DNA of 64,000 nucleotides from a virus: IMG/VR virus record IMGVR_UViG_3300042375_000763, positions 16,191 to 80,190 of that record; one strand, 5' to 3'. Shown piece by piece: positions 58,442 to 64,000 of this stretch (position 1 is its first letter; each line of letters starts with the position of its first letter). The notes under the pieces were generated by a model. It saw only the letters and a program-made list of their open reading frames with translations, ran no database searches and was not told where the DNA came from. The position numbers and the translations under genes were made by a program.

Positions 58442-59422
58442 TTATATTTCATACACGATTATGACAAGACCATTTCCGCCCTTGCCAGACGTTACGGCGG
58501 ATTCAGTTGCTACACCGCCGCTTCCGGCTCCATACGTAGGAGATCCTGAAGCACCGGATCTATTCCCATCAGACGCATCAAAACTCAGAATAGCCGACCC
58601 TAAGAATGGTTGTGACCTATTACTTGCGTAAGTCGCGATTGTAGGATATGCGCTATATCCTGAAACTTTAATACCGACTGTAGTTGCGCCTGTTGTGGAA
58701 CTTACAGCAGTGCCGGCATCAACACTTAAGAATCTTGGAGCTCCGCCACCCGCAGCAGATGTGCGCACATCACTTCCACTTACGCTGTATCCTCCTCCTA
58801 ATCCTCCGGTAAGATTTAATGTATTACCACCAGATGCAGATCCACCAGCACCACCGCTTCCAGAAGTTGAGTCTCCACCGCCTGATGTTGCTTGAGAACC
58901 CTGCCCGCCTAGGCCGCCCGACCCGGTCATATTTAAGCCTAGTCCTATAAAACTAGATGCAGTGCCAGCATTTCCACTTATAGCATTTCGTTCTCCACCA
59001 ACGCCGACTCCAGTTCCTCCAGCTCCAATAGTAACAGTAGCAGAACCTGAAGTTGTTCCTGGTATAACACTATATGATACACCGCCGGCTCCGCCGCCAC
59101 CAGCCCCAGCAACACCGTCGGTATTACCAAAAGTACCTACGTTTCTTGCAGGCCAACCCATTCCGCCAGAACCGCCAGCCCCAATAGTAAAGATATGAAT
59201 AAATCTAGCAAGATTAAGTTTTGGGGTCCATGTCTTTGAAGCCGTAATTGTTTCGACTACAACAAAAGTTTTTTCGTAGGTCGTGGACATAGATATTGGT
59301 CCATTTGTAGGTAGACCACTTGCCAACCCATAATACTCGGACAAACTAATCGGCGCGACTCCGCCAAACTCAGTTTGTATCTCGGTCATAGTTAATGCAC
59401 TTCCGCTGGGTTTAATTGACAC
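58442..59422 (-). CDS. Glycine-rich virion/tail-fibre-like protein
   Basis: IQTEFGG..PISLSEYY N-terminus; GAGGSGG repeats; G.VII C-terminus. Confidence 0.7.
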   Translation of the reverse strand: MSIKPSGSALTMTEIQTEFGGVAPISLSEYYGLASGLPTNGPISMSTTYEKTFVVVETITASKTWTPKLNLARFIHIFTIGAGGSGGMGWPARNVGTFGNTDGVAGAGGGGAGGVSYSVIPGTTSGSATVTIGAGGTGVGVGGERNAISGNAGTASSFIGLGLNMTGSGGLGGQGSQATSGGGDSTSGSGGAGGSASGGNTLNLTGGLGGGYSVSGSDVRTSAAGGGAPRFLSVDAGTAVSSTTGATTVGIKVSGYSAYPTIATYASNRSQPFLGSAILSFDASDGNRSGASGSPTYGAGSGGVATESAVTSGKGGNGLVIIVYEI

Positions 59423-59468
59423 GGTTTGTATTCTTTCTAGTTAGTGTGAGATTTCTATATTGATATAT

Positions 59469-60086
59469 TTATACTATACAGCAATCTTCCAAAACCTTCT
59501 TGCGAATTACTTTATGAAGGCCTGGGTTAACAACAAGCGCTTTGGGAACAATTTCGTGACGGATGAAGTTGCGCATATATTTTGTATCTTGATTTGAAGA
59601 GTCTTCGATCCAAGGGACATTATTATTTCGGCACCAGTTTGTAAATTCGGATTTTTGATTTAGTCTAAATGGACGAATAACATTCCTATGTGAATATGGA
59701 ATAATTCTACCGTTACCATTTAATGAATTAAAAATCCAAGTTTCGACACAATCATCTAAATGGTGACAAGTAATAATTGGATGTGGGTAATATGAATGAA
59801 ACCACTCATATCGCTGAGTTCTCCAATATTCTTCCCATGAATCTGATTTGGCTTTTGAATTTGTCAAACCGCCAATATCTAGACTCATACGACCAAATTC
59901 AATACTTTGTAAATACTTATCTTTCAAAAACTCAAGAGCTTCACGAGAAGTCTCAGTTCCATGGTCAAAAAACATAAGGTTGACTTTATGATTCTTCATC
60001 AAGAAGTCAACAACTGCCATAGAGTCTACGCCACCAGAACAGGCAACGTAGACTTCACGATCAAGTTTACCTTGAATTTGGATCAT
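59469..60086 (-). CDS. tilS: tRNA(Ile)-lysidine synthetase (minimal PP-loop domain)
   Basis: SGGVDS, R..RY, HHLDD..ET, IRPF, EDSSN, RNFIRH. Confidence 0.9.
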   Translation of the reverse strand: MIQIQGKLDREVYVACSGGVDSMAVVDFLMKNHKVNLMFFDHGTETSREALEFLKDKYLQSIEFGRMSLDIGGLTNSKAKSDSWEEYWRTQRYEWFHSYYPHPIITCHHLDDCVETWIFNSLNGNGRIIPYSHRNVIRPFRLNQKSEFTNWCRNNNVPWIEDSSNQDTKYMRNFIRHEIVPKALVVNPGLHKVIRKKVLEDCCIV

Positions 60087-60226
60087 TCAACTTCAAACCC
60101 ATCTTCTTCTGCTTGTTCAAGTAGAGTACGAATATAGTCAAGATACTCTTCGATAGTCATATCCATGTAAGTTCTCCATTCCTTATATTTTCATATTATA
60201 CCGATTCGGGCGTTATGTCAACACTT

Positions 60227-60637
60227 TTATGTTTCTATAACTCGTTTTCTCAAGTCACTAGAACTAAACCGATGATCTCTAGTATTGAAGTATAAGCGAA
60301 TACCACGTTGTTTACAGATTTCACGAGCTGTAAAATCTTTATTCTTGTATTCTTCGCCTAAGATACGAACAGTAATTGGAAACATCTGTGTAATATCTTC
60401 CAGATCTTTCTCTGTTTGATAGCATATAACTTCATCTACATACTTTACAGCAGATAATTGTACATATCGTTCAACCAATGTTTGAATTGGTTTATTCTTT
60501 TCTGGCCTGTCAATAGTTGGGTCAGTTTGCAAGGCAGCAATTAAATAGTCACACTGTGTTTTTGCTTCTCTCAACATCATAATATGACCAGCGTGTAGCA
60601 AATCAAAACACGATGTTACAAGTCCGATTTCTTTCAT
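60227..60637 (-). CDS. Cytidylyltransferase (TagD-like)
   Basis: FDLLHAGH, ER, RFSSS. Confidence 0.85.
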   Translation of the reverse strand: MKEIGLVTSCFDLLHAGHIMMLREAKTQCDYLIAALQTDPTIDRPEKNKPIQTLVERYVQLSAVKYVDEVICYQTEKDLEDITQMFPITVRILGEEYKNKDFTAREICKQRGIRLYFNTRDHRFSSSDLRKRVIET

Positions 60638-61360
60638 TTATTCCTCGCGTATCATCAAGAGTGAATTGTATGTATCTAACCAACTATTAACATTAATAGA
60701 GTAATCACACAGTATTGCAGCGTCATAATCGTTACCACCAGGGAAGATCTGATCGCCAAAATAATAAATTATATCTGTTTTTTCTGTACGTATTTTACTT
60801 ATGGCTTGTGATTTACCAAAACCTTTTTTAAAGATATCTAAACCTGTTTCACCACCGATATATACATCTATATGATCAAATTTATCTTTTATCTTATTGT
60901 AAAATAGTTTTCGTTCTTGGGTTTTACTGTCCCAATCAACATATTGTTCTCTCTGTTTAAATGAACAATTTCTACCCGGTATCGAGAAATTAACCATACC
61001 TTTTCTAAACTCGATATGATTGCCTGTTTTCTCTGGAAATTGTGATTCATCTAGAAGTATTTCAAGATAATTTACAATTTCTTGATCTGGTTTCCAATTA
61101 CTTGAATACACTAGATAATTTTTATTCCATACTTCATTACCTGCACAATTGAATGAAAGCTGCGCAGAATTAAATATAGTTTTACCGATTTGTTCTACAG
61201 TTTTTGGCTTGTCACTTCCTGTAACAAAATATACTAAATTTGTTTCACAGAATGTTTTAAAAAACTTTGCAAAATCTTTTTCTATAACTTTACGAGATTG
61301 CGTAAGAGTACCGTCAACATCAAATACAAATTTTCTAGTCAAGATGTTCAACATATCCAC
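60638..61360 (-). CDS. HAD-IIB phosphomannomutase-like protein
   Basis: FDVDGTLT, VTGSD, IEFR.GMVNFS..GR, FGD..GGND. Confidence 0.85.
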   Translation of the reverse strand: MDMLNILTRKFVFDVDGTLTQSRKVIEKDFAKFFKTFCETNLVYFVTGSDKPKTVEQIGKTIFNSAQLSFNCAGNEVWNKNYLVYSSNWKPDQEIVNYLEILLDESQFPEKTGNHIEFRKGMVNFSIPGRNCSFKQREQYVDWDSKTQERKLFYNKIKDKFDHIDVYIGGETGLDIFKKGFGKSQAISKIRTEKTDIIYYFGDQIFPGGNDYDAAILCDYSINVNSWLDTYNSLLMIREE

Positions 61361-61928
61361 AGTGATTTATATAATCATGGATTGTTTCTAGTGATTCTTC
61401 CATATGATCAAACCTATGGCTCCCACCTTCAAACCGCTTCATCGGGAATTCTTTTAGAACTAATTCTGTTCCACCAGATCCAATAACTTCATCACCCATA
61501 TCCAAAAGAACCAAAGGAAGATATTTGTAAGTTTTATCTTGCCCGTAGATATACTTCGAATTGTATGTATCAACAACTTCACTAGTTAAAACATTAGTGA
61601 TAGCTGTATGATAGTTTGTTGTTATAACACCTTCATACCTACGAAGCATTGAACTAGGATCATAACAAGGGTTAATAATAACCGAAGGACATCCATAATG
61701 CTTTCCCATTTGCGCCGCCCAGAAACCGCCAAGTGAGGTTCCTACGAAAATAACTTCATCCGACCGATCACTTGGTACTTGAGATGTGATGTATGAGAAA
61801 ATTTCATCATATGATACATAAGTATCATATGTGATACCGATTACTTCTCCTAGAGAAGATAGTGTTTTTACTTTACTTGCTTCTGGATCAAAAGCAGAAT
61901 TAAAGCCGTGAAGGTAGATATAGATCAT
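61335..61928 (-). CDS. YqiA/YcfP-like alpha/beta hydrolase
   Basis: YLHGFNS, GTSLGG, INP, GGSHRF. Confidence 0.88.
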   Translation of the reverse strand: MIYIYLHGFNSAFDPEASKVKTLSSLGEVIGITYDTYVSYDEIFSYITSQVPSDRSDEVIFVGTSLGGFWAAQMGKHYGCPSVIINPCYDPSSMLRRYEGVITTNYHTAITNVLTSEVVDTYNSKYIYGQDKTYKYLPLVLLDMGDEVIGSGGTELVLKEFPMKRFEGGSHRFDHMEESLETIHDYINHCGYVEHLD

Positions 61929-61974
61929 AATATTTCTCCGTATAGAATCAGTATATACTATACTTACTTAAATG

Positions 61975-62589
61975 TCAACTAAAAATTTTTAAATTCGGAG
62001 TTCCCATAGAAACTTTTAGGTGCATTTCTCCGCCAAGTTCTCTTACATAGAAATACGGTTTTAATTGTGGGAATTTATCATAAGTAAATTTATCTTTGAC
62101 ATCCAAGTTTTGCACGCCAAACTTTTCGACATGAAGTACTTTCTCTCCAGAGATTTTTTCCAATTGTTCTGGTGTAAACAAAAATCGTTCCAGTGTTTCC
62201 CAAGGAACTGCTTTCATCATAGTTCCAAGTGCAGGGCCAGATTTTTCTCCATATGAAACACCAAGAGATGCTTTGAATATATCACCAACTACTTTTTTAC
62301 CAAGATCAGACCCATCAGTAGCAATAGCAACAGACTTTCGGCCACCTTTGTCTTTGTAAAATACTGCGGCAAGTACTTTATCACCTTTAGTATAAAGTTT
62401 CCAAAATGGAATATTATCAATCATATCTTGCTTTGAGTTAAAACCATTACCTTTAACACCGCCAATTGGAGCATATGATTTTTTCAGAATTTCCCATGTT
62501 TGATCAGCCCAGAGTTCTCTCTGAGTTATTGATGATGGTCCTATAAAATTCTTGTAATTTTCAGAAAGAAAATCTTTAAAAGAAAGCAT
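61975..62589 (-). CDS. Hypothetical protein
   Basis: MLSFKDFLSE N-terminus; SYAPIGG. Confidence 0.6.
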   Translation of the reverse strand: MLSFKDFLSENYKNFIGPSSITQRELWADQTWEILKKSYAPIGGVKGNGFNSKQDMIDNIPFWKLYTKGDKVLAAVFYKDKGGRKSVAIATDGSDLGKKVVGDIFKASLGVSYGEKSGPALGTMMKAVPWETLERFLFTPEQLEKISGEKVLHVEKFGVQNLDVKDKFTYDKFPQLKPYFYVRELGGEMHLKVSMGTPNLKIFS

Positions 62590-62820
62590 GAAAAACTCCA
62601 GTTATTTTTCACTTATTTATATGAATCGTGTATTTCTTGTGCGCATGCTTTAATAGCATCTAGATCTTGTGTTGGAGAAATTCCAGAGAACGCATCCCAA
62701 TACATAACATCATCATAAAAGATACGAAAGTCACCTGATTTTGCGGCAGGTGACTTTGCTAGATACATTGGTAGTTTATCGTGGTGAACCCATTCAAGCA
62801 TTCTTATCTCCATAAAAAGT

Positions 62821-64000
62821 TCAGGCAGCTTTCACCGCCCGAACTCGTGCTTTAAACATACCGTCCTTGATCCGTTCTACATTAGTTTCTCCGTCAGGAA
62901 AAACATCAGCAAATTTTACAGACTTGACTCTATGCCAAATATCCAGCAGTTTCATCAGATGGACAGTAGACTCATTTTCTGAACCCAGACGACCATTATG
63001 ATCACAAACACCGACAGACCACAGCAGAAAAACAACTTCTGGGTCATTAAATGCACCCATATCCATAAACATATTAACAAATGTCTTTGGATTCAGTGTA
63101 TCCAGTTTGTGCATGTGCATGTGGTACCGAGTGGTTTTCATCACTCGATCCCGCATCTTTGAAGGGACGGTCAGGCGGTCACAGAAGTTTTTGGTAACAG
63201 GAACACCAGACATTTCGTGACCGTAGTGCTTTGGCAGTTGATCACGTGGTGTCAGACCCTTACCAAAGTCATGTACCAGACATGCCAGTCGAGTCTGCAG
63301 ATCAAAACCTTTACGAACGGCTTGAGTCAGAACAATCATGGTGTGTTCGTATGCATCACCTTCTGGGTGCCAACGGCGTGACTCCAGAGCAGTCTTCAGT
63401 CGATACACTTCTGGGAACAGAACATGCAGTGCATCGCACTCCAGCAGAGTATCAAAGAACAGGCGAGGAAATTCCTCTTCCATTGCCCGTGACAGTTCCT
63501 TCCAGACACGTTCGGCAGTCAGTTCATTCAGGACACCAGCTTTAGCCATTTTAGCAACCAGAGTTACAGTTTCTGGAGCAACAGTCCATTCCGAACCCAG
63601 ACGAGCACGGAATCGGGCCAGCCGCAGAACACGAACAGGATCTTCCTCGAAAGCATTAGAAGTGTGCCGCAGCACTTTGGCATGCAGATCATCTTTGCCG
63701 CCGAAAAAGTCATGAACCAGGAAACTGCCGGGGTTATCTTCCTCGGCTTCAAATGCCATAGAATTGATAGTCAGGTCTCGCCGTCCCAGGTCTTCCTCCA
63801 GTGTCACGTCAGTTCCAAATTCAGAGGTAAAGCCCAGGTAACCAGTCCCAGTCTTTTTCTCCCGCCGAGCCAGTGCATATTCATCACCGGTTTCGGGATG
63901 CAGGAACACAGGAAAATCTGCACCGACCTGAGAAAACCCAGCAGCCAGCATGTCAGAAGGAGATGAACCAACGACAACATAGTCTCGGTCCTTGGGTTCC
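62821..64000 (-). CDS. cca: Multifunctional CCA-adding enzyme with HD domain (5' end outside window)
   Basis: KDRDYVVVG, EYALAR, DLGRRDLTINSMA, EDPVRVLR, HPEGD, HDFGKG. Confidence 0.95.
   Translation of the reverse strand, partial: EPKDRDYVVVGSSPSDMLAAGFSQVGADFPVFLHPETGDEYALARREKKTGTGYLGFTSEFGTDVTLEEDLGRRDLTINSMAFEAEEDNPGSFLVHDFFGGKDDLHAKVLRHTSNAFEEDPVRVLRLARFRARLGSEWTVAPETVTLVAKMAKAGVLNELTAERVWKELSRAMEEEFPRLFFDTLLECDALHVLFPEVYRLKTALESRRWHPEGDAYEHTMIVLTQAVRKGFDLQTRLACLVHDFGKGLTPRDQLPKHYGHEMSGVPVTKNFCDRLTVPSKMRDRVMKTTRYHMHMHKLDTLNPKTFVNMFMDMGAFNDPEVVFLLWSVGVCDHNGRLGSENESTVHLMKLLDIWHRVKSVKFADVFPDGETNVERIKDGMFKARVRAVKAA

Overview
64 kb of a large T4-like (myovirus) phage genome, almost entirely on the minus strand. 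It carries uvsX, 32, 59, 33, 52, 39+60 and tk, TATAAATA late promoters and TTGACA early promoters. Several independent signals point to an alphaproteobacterial host: a two-piece tmRNA, tRNA-His with A73 and no G-1, GANTC sites in promoters, hemO-pcyX, and PlcP/Agt. The window is dominated by translation maintenance: about 37 tRNA genes for all 20 amino acids in two clusters, many tRNA-like RNAs, tmRNA, Pth2, TilS, a CCA-adding enzyme and a Ro60-like DUF2828 protein. Top finding: each tRNA cluster is preceded by a short leader ORF, missed by the ORF track, with an antiterminator/terminator switch. The leader codons match the tRNA content of the cluster downstream. Leader 1 (31264-31362) uses T,S,L,H,V,A,Q,W,D,N,P,G,R and Ile-AUA; leader 2 (51986-52045) has the run Y,F,I,C,K,F,E,E,Y,M. 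These look like ribosome-stalling attenuators that switch on backup tRNAs when the host pool is depleted. Second: nine copies of a stem-UWCMGYAR RNA motif, some enclosing circularly permuted tRNAs (YrlA-like), with one copy in the 5' leader of the DUF2828 gene. Also present: a split-intein (fractured) uvsX, boxA sites, GANTC-containing early promoters and a phosphate-starvation lipid-remodelling module. All calls are by eye; no database searches were run.
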